A stretch of DNA of 51,855 nt from a plasmid, in sequence record NZ_AP026977.1. One strand, written 5' to 3'. Below the pieces are notes generated by a model. It was given only the letters and a program-made list of their open reading frames with translations, did no database searches and had not been told where the DNA came from. Positions 34,928 through 43,543 of this stretch are shown one piece after another. Both the position numbers and the translations under genes were made by a program. Position 1 is the stretch's first letter. Every line of letters starts with the position of its first letter.

Positions 34928-36397
34928 TCATTTCTGGCCTGGGCGTTTCTGTGTGAGTTCGGATTCGAGGCGGGAGATGGTGTTCTGGGCGGCGGACAGG
35001 GCGCGCTCCAGCGCGTCGGCGCGGGCGTCAGCTGCGGCCTGAATCCGGTTGATCTCGGCGGCGTGGTCGCTGCGCAACTGCTCGCGGTCGTCGCGAGCTT
35101 CCGACCGCACCGTAGCCAGATCGGATCGCACCTCGCTGATTTCGGCCCGAAGTCGCTGCGCATCAGCGTCGGCGTCGGCGGCCGCGCGCTGGGCGGAGGT
35201 CGCATCCGCGCGGGCGGCGGCGAGCTCCCCACGCAAATCCGTGGCCTCGGTTCGGGCGCCGGCCAGCTGGGTGCGCAGATCGGTGAGCTCACCGCGGAGC
35301 CGGTCAGCCTCGGTCCGGGCATCGGAGGCTGCCTGCTCAGCGACGGCCTGGGCGGATTCGGCGCGGTGCCGCGCCGCGACCGCGGCGTCACGAGCGTCGT
35401 GAGCCTCGGTGATCTGGACGGCGGCGTCGTGCTCGACCTGGTCGACGCGAGCGGCGGCGACCTGCTCGGCTGCGGTGATCTGCTCCCGCGATTGTGCCTC
35501 AACCGCAGCGATGCGCTCGGCAGCTTCCGCGCGAGCTGCGTCGCGGTCGACGATCGCCGCGTCGCGCTGCGCACCGGCCTGCTCTGCCTCACCGCGGGCG
35601 CGGGCGGCGTCTGCCTCGGCCGCCGCGATCTGCTCATCGGCTTCCGCGCGGGCAGCGGCGACCTGCTCGGCTGCTTCGGTCCGGGCGGCCTCGATCTGCG
35701 CTACAGCCTCGGCACGCACGATTTCGACCTGCTCAGCGGCTGAAGCCTCAGCGGCCGCGATGCGCTCCTCCGCGTCGGCACGCGCCTGGTCCCGGGCGGC
35801 GATCGCGTCTTCGGCCGCACCCTCGGCCAGCACCTTGTCTTCGAGCGCGCGGTCACGCTCGCGGCGAGCGCTGATCGCGTCGGCCTCGGCTTCGTCCGCG
35901 CGGGTGTTCGCCACCGCCAGCTCGGCTTCGTGTTCACGGCGGATCTGTGTGACCTCCGCGACCGCCGCATCTGGATCGATCGCGGTCGCGACGATCTCGT
36001 GCACGCGGCCGACCAGCTCCCCCAGCTGCTCCCGGTGCGCGGTCGTCACCATCTCCACCTGCGCCAGCAGCTCCGACAGCGACGCCCGCGACGACGTCAC
36101 CGGCCGGGGCGCGTTCGGCCGCTCGCGACGCGGCGCGACCTGGCCTGCCGCCGCCAACTGCAACTCCCGCCGACGCTGAAACGCCGTGGTCCGGTCATGG
36201 GTGCGCCGCTGCCCATCCGGATCCATATGCGGCTCACCGCAATAGCTCGCCTGACGGCCCGGACGTGCCGTCAGCGACACCGCCCGCCCGCACACCTGGA
36301 AATCACCGGTCTCCGCATCGAAACCGATGGGGAACTTGCACACGCGCTGCTCACCCGCCGCCGACTCAGCGGCCGGGGTCTCTGACTGCTCGCTCAT
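34928..36397 (-). CDS. coiled-coil protein (489 aa) with N-terminal Cys-rich zinc-ribbon-like segment; Ala/Glu/Arg-rich low-complexity heptads
   Basis: CKFPIGFDAETGDFQVCGRAVSLTARPGRQASYCGEPH, then ~350 aa of AEAxARxE-type repeats. Confidence 0.55.
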   Translation of the reverse strand: MSEQSETPAAESAAGEQRVCKFPIGFDAETGDFQVCGRAVSLTARPGRQASYCGEPHMDPDGQRRTHDRTTAFQRRRELQLAAAGQVAPRRERPNAPRPVTSSRASLSELLAQVEMVTTAHREQLGELVGRVHEIVATAIDPDAAVAEVTQIRREHEAELAVANTRADEAEADAISARRERDRALEDKVLAEGAAEDAIAARDQARADAEERIAAAEASAAEQVEIVRAEAVAQIEAARTEAAEQVAAARAEADEQIAAAEADAARARGEAEQAGAQRDAAIVDRDAARAEAAERIAAVEAQSREQITAAEQVAAARVDQVEHDAAVQITEAHDARDAAVAARHRAESAQAVAEQAASDARTEADRLRGELTDLRTQLAGARTEATDLRGELAAARADATSAQRAAADADADAQRLRAEISEVRSDLATVRSEARDDREQLRSDHAAEINRIQAAADARADALERALSAAQNTISRLESELTQKRPGQK

Positions 36398-36400
36398 ACC

Positions 36401-36490
36401 TCGATTCTACCGCAATTCTGTTACGTAGTATCGTTAATAACGAATCGAATTGTTTCGATAAAACGTTTTTCTGAAACATAACAAAACCTG
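36401..36490. promoter_or_regulatory. most AT-rich stretch in the window, with short palindromes (CGTTAaTAACG, TCGAAttgtTTCGA), between divergent operons: promoter region and/or origin candidate
   Basis: tcgattctaccgcaattctgttacgtagtatcgttaataacgaatcgaattgtttcgataaaacgtttttctgaaacataacaaaacc. Confidence 0.4.
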
Positions 36491-36745
36491 CTTGCGATCA
36501 CGGTCGAGCCCAGCGGCGGACAGTCCCCCGCCCACACTGTCCGGGTCGGCGAGCGGTGCGAGCTTGGCGACCAGGGGTTTCATCGAGAGCCGGGGTGCAG
36601 ACGTGGGAGAAGCGGCTCATACGCCGGTGTGGTCGTTCTCTTCTCCGACTACTGCGCGGTATCGTCTCGGCTGAATCGAGCCAGGTAGCGGCCCCCTGCC
36701 CCAGGGCGGCAGGGCGAGCTCCGCTTCCTATTCGCCGCACCCGCC

Positions 36746-36770
36746 CCGGTGGAAAGACTCTTTCCACCGG
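36746..36770. promoter_or_regulatory. parS-like centromere palindrome CCGGTGGAAAGAcTCTTTCCACCGG upstream of parA
   Basis: 25-bp perfect palindrome. Second copy inside the 3' end of parB. Confidence 0.55.
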
Positions 36771-36796
36771 CGGGGCTTAGCTAGGAGCCACAGCCC

Positions 36797-37516
36797 ATGA
36801 CGACGGCAGATACCCGCCGAGTCCTGCGAGTCCTGTTCTCGACATTGAAGGGCGGTCCGGGTAAGACGACCAGCGCGATCCTGACGGCGGTGGCGCTGGT
36901 GCGCCGGGGCCTGAAGGTGGTCGTTATTTGCGCCGATACCCGCACGCGCGGCGCGACCGACTGGGTGCAGGAGGCGGAGCGGGTTGGGGACCGGGTGCCA
37001 TTCCAGCTCGCGATCTGGCATGAGAGCGATGGGCCACTGTCGCAGTTCGCCCGGACGACCGAGCGCTCGACCGGCGCCGATGTGGTGATCATCGATACCG
37101 GCGGCGAGCAGCCGGAGAACTTCACCCACGGCTGTCTGTACGCGGACTGGTTGATCTGCCCGGTCGGGCCGTTCCGTGCCGAGCTGCGGCGGCTGGTGCC
37201 GACCTATCAGAGCGCGGTCGCGGTCAACGACTCCGGATCCCCGCTCGAGGTCAGTGTCCTGCTGACCCGCTGCCCGGCCGCGCACAAGGGCAAGGCCAAG
37301 GAGGCCCGCGAAGCGCTCGCATCCAACCTGGTCAATGACCAGGGCGAACTCGATCCAGATACCCCGTACGCGCTGGGCCTGGATGTGCTGAACACCGAGA
37401 TTTCGCGCGGGGTCGCTTACGACGAGTTCTACGGCCTCATCCCCGAAGACGTCGGCGAGTACGACGACCTGGCGGAGGAGATCCTGGCCCGCCAGCGCGC
37501 GGACGAGGCGGCCTGA
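36797..37516 (+). CDS. parA: ParA/Soj-family partition ATPase
   Basis: Deviant Walker A KGGPGKTTSA. RBS AGGAG. Confidence 0.85.
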   Translation: MTTADTRRVLRVLFSTLKGGPGKTTSAILTAVALVRRGLKVVVICADTRTRGATDWVQEAERVGDRVPFQLAIWHESDGPLSQFARTTERSTGADVVIIDTGGEQPENFTHGCLYADWLICPVGPFRAELRRLVPTYQSAVAVNDSGSPLEVSVLLTRCPAAHKGKAKEAREALASNLVNDQGELDPDTPYALGLDVLNTEISRGVAYDEFYGLIPEDVGEYDDLAEEILARQRADEAA

Positions 37517-38454
37517 TGCCCGCACCGCAGCGACCGAAGAAGAACCGCAGCGGATCCGGTGGTTTACCGTCCACGGCGCACAGCGATACCGCGGAGATCG
37601 TCTCGGCTGTGCTGACTACCGCGCGAGCAGAGGTATCGACCAACGGTGCGTCCGCCGCTCCCCCGTCGGCCCCCCAGACAGACGCGCCGCTGGCGGAGTT
37701 CGCGCACCGGCCGGACAACCCGCGGTGGGCGCGTGAGTACGACCCGGAAGCCGATCCGGAGCTGGCGGCCTTCGCTGCGACGGTCGACGAGTTCGGCATC
37801 CTGCAGGCGGTGACGGTGTGCTCGCGTGAGGCGTGGCTGGAACACCATCCCGGCGACAAGTTCGCCGACGAGGTCCGCTACGTCGTCATCATGGGCAACC
37901 GCCGGCTTGCCACTGCCCGGCACAAGAAGGTCGACAGGCTGCCGCTGCACCGCAATGACGCGCTCGCCGATCCGAGGCTGAGCAAGGAAAGCGGGATCAT
38001 CGAGAACTACCACCGCAAGCCCTACGACCCGATCCGCGAGGGCGGGGAGATGGCCGCGGTGCTCGCGATGACCGGCGAGAGCAAGCGGGCCTTCGCCGAG
38101 CGTATGGGAATCTCCCACACCCAGGTGAACCAGCGGCTGCAGCTGCTCGAGTTGATCCCCGAGTTCCAGGGCATGGTGTCGGACCTGGCGATGCCGGTGC
38201 AGAAAGCGCTCAAACTCGCCGTGCTCACCGCCGAGGACCAGCGTGCGCTGCTTGACCTCGGCCAGCCCTACGACCCGGCCCGGCTCATCACCGAGCCGGA
38301 GTCCGGCACCGAGGGTGGAAAGACTCTTTCCACGACTGCGGCAGTGAAGATTCCCAAGAGCAGCACACCCGACGACGTCGCCCAGGTGCTGCGCGACAAG
38401 CTCGACCCAGCTCTTCTCAACGCAGTCCTGAACATCCTCAACGGGGCTACATGA
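37516..38454 (+). CDS. parB: ParB/Spo0J-family partition protein
   Basis: ParB N-terminal domain with VVIMGNRRLATAR. HTH GESKRAFAERMGISHTQVNQRL. Start overlaps the parA stop. Confidence 0.8.
   Translation: MPAPQRPKKNRSGSGGLPSTAHSDTAEIVSAVLTTARAEVSTNGASAAPPSAPQTDAPLAEFAHRPDNPRWAREYDPEADPELAAFAATVDEFGILQAVTVCSREAWLEHHPGDKFADEVRYVVIMGNRRLATARHKKVDRLPLHRNDALADPRLSKESGIIENYHRKPYDPIREGGEMAAVLAMTGESKRAFAERMGISHTQVNQRLQLLELIPEFQGMVSDLAMPVQKALKLAVLTAEDQRALLDLGQPYDPARLITEPESGTEGGKTLSTTAAVKIPKSSTPDDVAQVLRDKLDPALLNAVLNILNGAT
38315..38333. promoter_or_regulatory. second parS-like palindrome GTGGAAAGAcTCTTTCCAC
   Basis: Same core as 36746-36770. Confidence 0.5.
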
Positions 38455-38473
38455 GGGCACGACTAGACCGGCG

Positions 38474-40420
38474 TCATTCTGGGGGGCCAGCGGCCATCTG
38501 AGCGGCCCAAATCGCCTCGTCCAAGCCAGAGTCCAGATCCCACGGCGCGAGCTGCACAGTCGGCTCAGCGCCGCTGTCGTGGTCGGCGGGAATCTGGTGG
38601 CGTAGCTCCAGCCAGGCGTGCCACTCGGCGCGCTGTCGCTGGATCCGGGCGAGGTAGTCGGCGCGTACGTCGTGTAGACCGTGGGCGACGGCGATGTCGT
38701 CGAGTGTGGTCTCGCCGGGGGAGACGGTGCCGCGGCCGCGCGTGATGAGCCCAGCTTGAGCGAGGACGGCGAGGGTGTCGTAGCCGGTGCTGCGGCCCAC
38801 GCCCGCGGCCGCCAGCACGTCGGCGACGCTGGTGAGGCCGGTGTCAACGACTAGCTGGTAGACCGCACGATGGTGCAGCCCGAGGACCCGCCACGCGTCG
38901 TGAACCGGCCGCAGCTGCACGCGGTCGAACGGGACAGGCGCCACCGCTTCGTCCAGCTCTGCACCGCTGTAGGCGGTGACCAGGCTGTAGCAGTCCGCTT
39001 CCCGGTGCACCGCGCGACGGATCCGCAGGATCGGGCTGCCCGGCCGCTCCCTCAAGTCCGCCAGGACGTCGGCGACGGTCCCCACTGCCAGCAGCCCCGC
39101 GAACCCCGCCAGCGCGCGCACGCCGACTGCGACCAGCGGTGTGCCGTCCCGGCCGACCTTGCCTGCTACCAGCGATGCGTAGGCCAGTGCGTCGAGTACA
39201 GCAAGCACTGTCCAGCGGTGTTGTTGACCAGGCCAGGTCTGGTGGACCCAGGCATGTGCTGTGGCAAGCCAGCGGGAGTGGGTATCGCTGTGCAGCGAAG
39301 CTGATTTCGAGCTGTAGGCCCCTTCGGGGGGTGTGAGGTTTCCTAACCTGTGTTCGGGAGACCGGACTAATGCGCTGGCTGTGATCCAACGGGTACAGAT
39401 GCGCTCCCAGTCAGCGGCCAGTGCCTCGTCGGGGCGGTGGTAGTGCGCGTACGCGGCCGCCAGGCCCCGCCAGGTGTCGTCGCGGCGCGCACGTACGTCG
39501 TCGAGGCTCATCCCGCGTTTCGCGCAGGCGGCCAGGACACTGGCTCGGGCCTCCGACCGAGAGGGCCAGCGTCCATCGGCGGGCATGGCACCAGTGACTG
39601 CGAACGCCTCTACAGGGCCCGGGATCTGGCTTCTCCAGCACCAGGGGGCGCGCAGCCGCGCCGAGCTGCCCACGCCCTCCCACAGGTCCGCAGACAGCTC
39701 CACAGGAGCGGCGGACGTCTGCTCGGGGGTGGTGTGGTCAGGGCCGACACCCAGGTACTCCCGCAGCCGTGCGAGCAGACCGGGTTCCGCGCCCTGGCGC
39801 AGCGCGGCCGCCGCCTCGTCGACGGCGCCGTCGAGCTCGCGGACCGCGCCGTCGCGGGTCGCCGACCCGGGCGGGGTGATCGCACCCGTTTTCGGGTTGA
39901 GCATCAGGCCGATATCCAGCGTCGGCAACCGCGAGCCCAGCAGCCGCATGACCGGCTCGATCTCGTCGCGACTGTGGGTCTCACCAGCAGCGAAGGCCGC
40001 GATGACGTGGCGGCCGCGGTTGGCCGGGTTGAGGTCGGACACCGGGACCGCGCCGCACGCACGCAGCCACGCTTTCGCGTAGGCCACGTCCTGGGCCACC
40101 TGCACCGCCCCATGGCGCTTGGAGTCGAAGTCCAGCCCGAGTAACCGGCTACGGCCAGCAGCGTCGTAGACCGGCACTGCGGCCGGGGCCGCCGGCGGCC
40201 GCCGCGTCAGCCGCCGCGTGCCCGCCGTGGTGTTCGTGTCGGGGTCGATCAGCCGCATCGACGGCCGCGCCGCAATCAGCGGGGCAAGAGTCGCCCAGGC
40301 CAGCTCACGCGCCACATCGGCGGGAGCTGGAACGTCTGTGTCTGTGTCAGGTAGCAGGAAGAGCGCCGGACGCAAATTGTGACCTGCGGCCTCGGCCGCA
40401 TCACTTGGTCGCGTCCTCAC
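38474..40420 (-). CDS. replication protein candidate: bifunctional primase-polymerase (PrimPol) N-terminal domain plus C-terminal winged-helix
   Basis: LLGLDFDSK (DxD motif) and NRGRHVIAAF (sGxxH motif) typical of PrimPol. C-terminal HTH-like GLTSVADVLAAAGVGRSTGYDTLAVLAQAGLI. RHH regulator gene directly upstream. Confidence 0.55.
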   Translation of the reverse strand: MRTRPSDAAEAAGHNLRPALFLLPDTDTDVPAPADVARELAWATLAPLIAARPSMRLIDPDTNTTAGTRRLTRRPPAAPAAVPVYDAAGRSRLLGLDFDSKRHGAVQVAQDVAYAKAWLRACGAVPVSDLNPANRGRHVIAAFAAGETHSRDEIEPVMRLLGSRLPTLDIGLMLNPKTGAITPPGSATRDGAVRELDGAVDEAAAALRQGAEPGLLARLREYLGVGPDHTTPEQTSAAPVELSADLWEGVGSSARLRAPWCWRSQIPGPVEAFAVTGAMPADGRWPSRSEARASVLAACAKRGMSLDDVRARRDDTWRGLAAAYAHYHRPDEALAADWERICTRWITASALVRSPEHRLGNLTPPEGAYSSKSASLHSDTHSRWLATAHAWVHQTWPGQQHRWTVLAVLDALAYASLVAGKVGRDGTPLVAVGVRALAGFAGLLAVGTVADVLADLRERPGSPILRIRRAVHREADCYSLVTAYSGAELDEAVAPVPFDRVQLRPVHDAWRVLGLHHRAVYQLVVDTGLTSVADVLAAAGVGRSTGYDTLAVLAQAGLITRGRGTVSPGETTLDDIAVAHGLHDVRADYLARIQRQRAEWHAWLELRHQIPADHDSGAEPTVQLAPWDLDSGLDEAIWAAQMAAGPPE

Positions 40421-40477
40421 GAGCTTGCTACCCTTGGATCGCTTCGCAACAAGCGTGGTCCTAAGGGGCCTTTGAAG

Positions 40478-40545
40478 AGCCTCCCAGCGCCAACTGGGAG
40501 GCCTTCGTCATTTATGGGGTCTTCCTAGCCCGATGCGATGGGCTA
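40478..40545. other. two stem-loops between the RHH gene and rep: rep leader, antisense-RNA or origin candidate
   Basis: GCCTCCCAG cgccaa CTGGGAGGC. CTAGCCC gatgcgat GGGCTAG. Confidence 0.35.
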
Positions 40546-40556
40546 GAACTCCGGCA

Positions 40557-40763
40557 TTAGGCCGGGCGCTTCAAATCCTCCTGTTGCTCGTCGGGAACAC
40601 CGGGGTACGGGGGCAAGCCAAGTTCGCGCCTCAGAGCGATCTCATAGATCGCCCGCTTGTTGATCCCACGTGCAGTGACCGCCTCGTCGATGGCGTTGGC
40701 CACTTCACGTGAGATGTCCAATCCGATCTTTTTCGTGGGCGGAAGCGTTCTCGGTCGACCCAT
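40557..40763 (-). CDS. ribbon-helix-helix (CopG-like) DNA-binding protein (68 aa from internal Met)
   Basis: KKIGLDISREVANAIDEAVTARGINKRAIYEIAL, a typical RHH beta-strand plus helices. Confidence 0.55.
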   Translation of the reverse strand: MGRPRTLPPTKKIGLDISREVANAIDEAVTARGINKRAIYEIALRRELGLPPYPGVPDEQQEDLKRPA

Positions 40764-40814
40764 GCGCTTATTCCTAGGGGAAACAACCCTAATGGTGGGG
40801 GAGGCGCGCCGGTA

Positions 40815-40843
40815 CGCGATCCACACGCCCGGTGTGGATCGCG
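40815..40843. promoter_or_regulatory. inverted repeat CGCGATCCACAC-gcccg-GTGTGGATCGCG upstream of the RHH gene (operator candidate)
   Basis: 12-bp perfect arms. Confidence 0.4.
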
Positions 40844-40847
40844 TTGG

Positions 40848-41702
40848 TCACGATGCGCCAAGAGAGAAATCGGGCTTCCGAGCGCGCAGGGAAAAGTACA
40901 AGGGCAGTTCGATGCCCTTGGGCGGCAGGAACTCACGCTCAGACTGCTTGACCAGACACGGCAGTTGCCTATCCAGCCAAGGGAATTCGTGGAAGAACTC
41001 TAAGTGCAGACCTGCACCTGCGATAGCGGTGAGCAGGTCTCCGACGCTGTGGGTCCAGAGGTACTTGTTCGTGGATTCCACGTGGGCGTTGGGGTCAGCG
41101 TACGAGCCACGCACGTCGTGCCGAATCGGCTCCGGCCGGTGCCAATACGGCCGACCAAGTCGCACCTCAGGCGAGGAGTCGTCGAGAGCACGTGCCATTG
41201 GGTGCATGTCGGTCAGATAGAAAATCCCGCCAGGAGCGAGGAAACGGTGCACGATCTGCGCCCAACTGGTGAGGTCGGGCAGCCATCCGAGGATGCCTCG
41301 AGAGGCGTAGACGATGTCCCACTCGCCGACAAGGACTTCATCGAGGCGCATCACGTCCGAGACGAGGAACTGGGTGTCGACGCCGACGTCACGCGCAAGC
41401 TCGGCGGCGATCTGAATTGCCACCGGCGAAAGATCGACGCCGGTGACGTGTGCGCCGCGACGGGCCCAGGAGACTGAGTCGGCGCCGATTTGGCATTGCA
41501 GGTGCAGCAAGGAAAGGCCGGCCACATCGCCGACTTCGGCCACCTCGTAGGGCCGCAGCTTGTCGGCTCCGGCTCGGACCGCGTCGAGGTTGTACCAGCT
41601 TCCTTGCGCGTGGATAGCCGCCCACTCGTCCCATAAGGCGCGGTTCGAGGCGATGGCTGCGTCTACAGGCGGCTGTCCGGGCTCCGGCACCTGGTCCGTC
41701 AT
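40848..41702 (-). CDS. class I SAM-dependent methyltransferase
   Basis: LLHLQCQIGADSVSWARRGAHVTGVDLSPVAI (motif I/II). Start overlaps the GntR stop. Confidence 0.6.
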   Translation of the reverse strand: MTDQVPEPGQPPVDAAIASNRALWDEWAAIHAQGSWYNLDAVRAGADKLRPYEVAEVGDVAGLSLLHLQCQIGADSVSWARRGAHVTGVDLSPVAIQIAAELARDVGVDTQFLVSDVMRLDEVLVGEWDIVYASRGILGWLPDLTSWAQIVHRFLAPGGIFYLTDMHPMARALDDSSPEVRLGRPYWHRPEPIRHDVRGSYADPNAHVESTNKYLWTHSVGDLLTAIAGAGLHLEFFHEFPWLDRQLPCLVKQSEREFLPPKGIELPLYFSLRARKPDFSLGAS

Positions 41703-42439
41703 TACGAGACGGTGACCCACTGGTTCGCCGGAATGGCGAACTCGCCGAACTCCAACACCACACCTGTCTCCTCGGGCCAGCGGTTCTCACCGATCAGCAC
41801 AGGATCGCCCTCGGCGATGCCCAAACGTTCTGCGATGAGTGCTGTTGCAGGTGCGGCGCACTGGCGGTAGCTGTCCAGTCCGACTTTCGGGAAGCGCCCG
41901 GTCCGCTCTTTGACCAGGCCGATCGTTCCCTGGCCGCCCGGGATCGGCGCCAAATCCAGCAGTTCCGGAACCTGCTCTGTCAGCTCTCCGGGCATCCATG
42001 TCACCGACCAGGTGACCGGGACCTCACCGTGCATGGTCACGCGCTCACGACGGACCACCTGGTCACCGGTCTCGATGCCCATCGCATCAGCGACGTGCTG
42101 GGGAGCTGGGACCAGCTCGGCGGAAATGATCCTCGACGCGCCATGCGGGTAGATCACGCGCCCGCGGTGCACCGACCGCAGCCGGTCCGCTGGGGAGTAG
42201 GTGCTGCCTTCCATGAACGCGACGATCGTGCCCTGCTTGCTGGTCGAGACCAGCCCATCGGCGGCCAGTTGCCGCATTGCCTTCGCGGCGGTGGTGTAGG
42301 CGACTTTCCATTGATCGGCGATCTCGCGCACGCTCGGCATGCGCTCGCCTTCCCGCAGGTCACCAGCGGTGATCGCATCACGGTAGTGAGCGACGAGCTG
42401 CATGTAGACCGGCTCGGGTCGCTGCAAGTACGGAGTCAC
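41702..42439 (-). CDS. GntR-family transcriptional regulator (HutC/UTRA type)
   Basis: N-terminal winged HTH ...GERMPSVREIADQWKVAYTTAAKAMRQLAADGLV. C-terminal UTRA-like domain. Confidence 0.75.
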   Translation of the reverse strand: MTPYLQRPEPVYMQLVAHYRDAITAGDLREGERMPSVREIADQWKVAYTTAAKAMRQLAADGLVSTSKQGTIVAFMEGSTYSPADRLRSVHRGRVIYPHGASRIISAELVPAPQHVADAMGIETGDQVVRRERVTMHGEVPVTWSVTWMPGELTEQVPELLDLAPIPGGQGTIGLVKERTGRFPKVGLDSYRQCAAPATALIAERLGIAEGDPVLIGENRWPEETGVVLEFGEFAIPANQWVTVS

Positions 42440-42484
42440 GACGACCTCCTGTTTCTCGGTGTTTCTCCAAGCTCAGGCTAACAG

Positions 42485-42605
42485 TTGTGTGCGCGTGTGC
42501 GCGCTATGGATCACCTGCCCGCACAGCTCGGCGATTCCCCTTCGTGTGCGCTCTTGTGCGTGATAGCCATCACGGTCATACTCGGTTCTGTGCGCGACGC
42601 GCACA
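42485..42605. promoter_or_regulatory. GTGTGCGC-motif array incl. perfect palindrome TGTGCGCGaCGCGCACA (42589-42605) in the divergent intergenic region: GntR operator candidates
   Basis: TTGTGTGCGCGTGTGCGCGC, TCGTGTGCGCTCTTGTGCG, TGTGCGCGACGCGCACACGAACGCACACG. Confidence 0.45.
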
Positions 42606-42630
42606 CGAACGCACACGAAGGAGGAGCGCT

Positions 42631-42975
42631 GTGGCGAATCAGCGTGAGCGGCAGGGGTGGGCAGCGTCCCTGCCAGAGAAATGGACTCGTGAGGTCTGGC
42701 GGCGGTCTGCCGCACCGACTATCCCCGCGGTGGTCGAGGTCCGCGGGCACCTGGTGAGCGAGGCGACCGAGCATCACGCCGACTACGTGGGCCAGGACCG
42801 GTGGGTGGTGGATTTCCTGCCGGGTCGTCAGCTGACGCGGGAGCAGGCGCGGGCGGCGATGCGGATTGCTGTGGCGCCGGACCGGATTGAGGTCGAGCGG
42901 TGGGCGGGTCTGTTGGGTCTGACTGCTGCGGAGGCTCGTGGTTTTGCGGCGCTGCCGGTGGGGGTGGCGCAGTGA
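42631..42975 (+). CDS. hypothetical protein, first gene of the transfer operon (GTG start, RBS GGAGGAG)
   Basis: The upstream part of the annotated ORF overlaps the operator region. Confidence 0.45.
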   Translation: MANQRERQGWAASLPEKWTREVWRRSAAPTIPAVVEVRGHLVSEATEHHADYVGQDRWVVDFLPGRQLTREQARAAMRIAVAPDRIEVERWAGLLGLTAAEARGFAALPVGVAQ

Positions 42976-43223
42976 TGGCGCGCGAGCGAGTGGTCGACGT
43001 GGTGATCCCGGTCGTGCCGGATTCCGGCGGCAATGGGATCGGCGTCGTCGGTGCGATGGCTGGGCTGTTCGGTGCGGCTGTCGTCTTCGCTGGCATCACG
43101 TGTGTGGTCGTGTCCTGCACCGATTTCGGGCCGGGCTCGACGATCCCGACCGGCAACGGGTGCGCGCCGTTCTGCACCGCCACCTCGGTGCCCGCGACGC
43201 CGGTTTCGGGGGTGGCGCGATGA
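42975..43223 (+). CDS. small membrane protein (82 aa)
   Basis: GIGVVGAMAGLFGAAVVFAGITCVVV hydrophobic helix. Start overlaps the upstream stop. Confidence 0.4.
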   Translation: MARERVVDVVIPVVPDSGGNGIGVVGAMAGLFGAAVVFAGITCVVVSCTDFGPGSTIPTGNGCAPFCTATSVPATPVSGVAR

Positions 43224-43543
43224 GCATCCACCTGCACGATCCGGTGATCTACCCCGACCGTGCGTGCAACGGCGTCGACCAGGACGTCTTTTTCCCGCGG
43301 GGGCGGCAGCTGAGCGCGATTCGGCGTGCGCAGGCGATCTGCGGGGGCTGCCCGCGGCTGGCTGAGTGCGCGGCGTGGGCGCAGCCGATGGCGGAGTCGG
43401 GTGCCTTGGTCGGTTGTGTGGTGGCGGCTGTGTATCTGCCGCACGGCCGGACGGTCCAGGCCCGCCGCGACACTTCCGCCGCGGACTTGGCGTACATCGC
43501 TGAGAACGGCGCGTTGCCGGATCAGGTTGAGGGGGCAGCCTGA
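43220..43543 (+). CDS. WhiB-family (Wbl) Fe-S transcription factor
   Basis: C-x22-AICGGCPRLAEC, four Cys with the CxxC-x5-C arrangement. FFP segment. Confidence 0.65.
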   Translation: MSIHLHDPVIYPDRACNGVDQDVFFPRGRQLSAIRRAQAICGGCPRLAECAAWAQPMAESGALVGCVVAAVYLPHGRTVQARRDTSAADLAYIAENGALPDQVEGAA

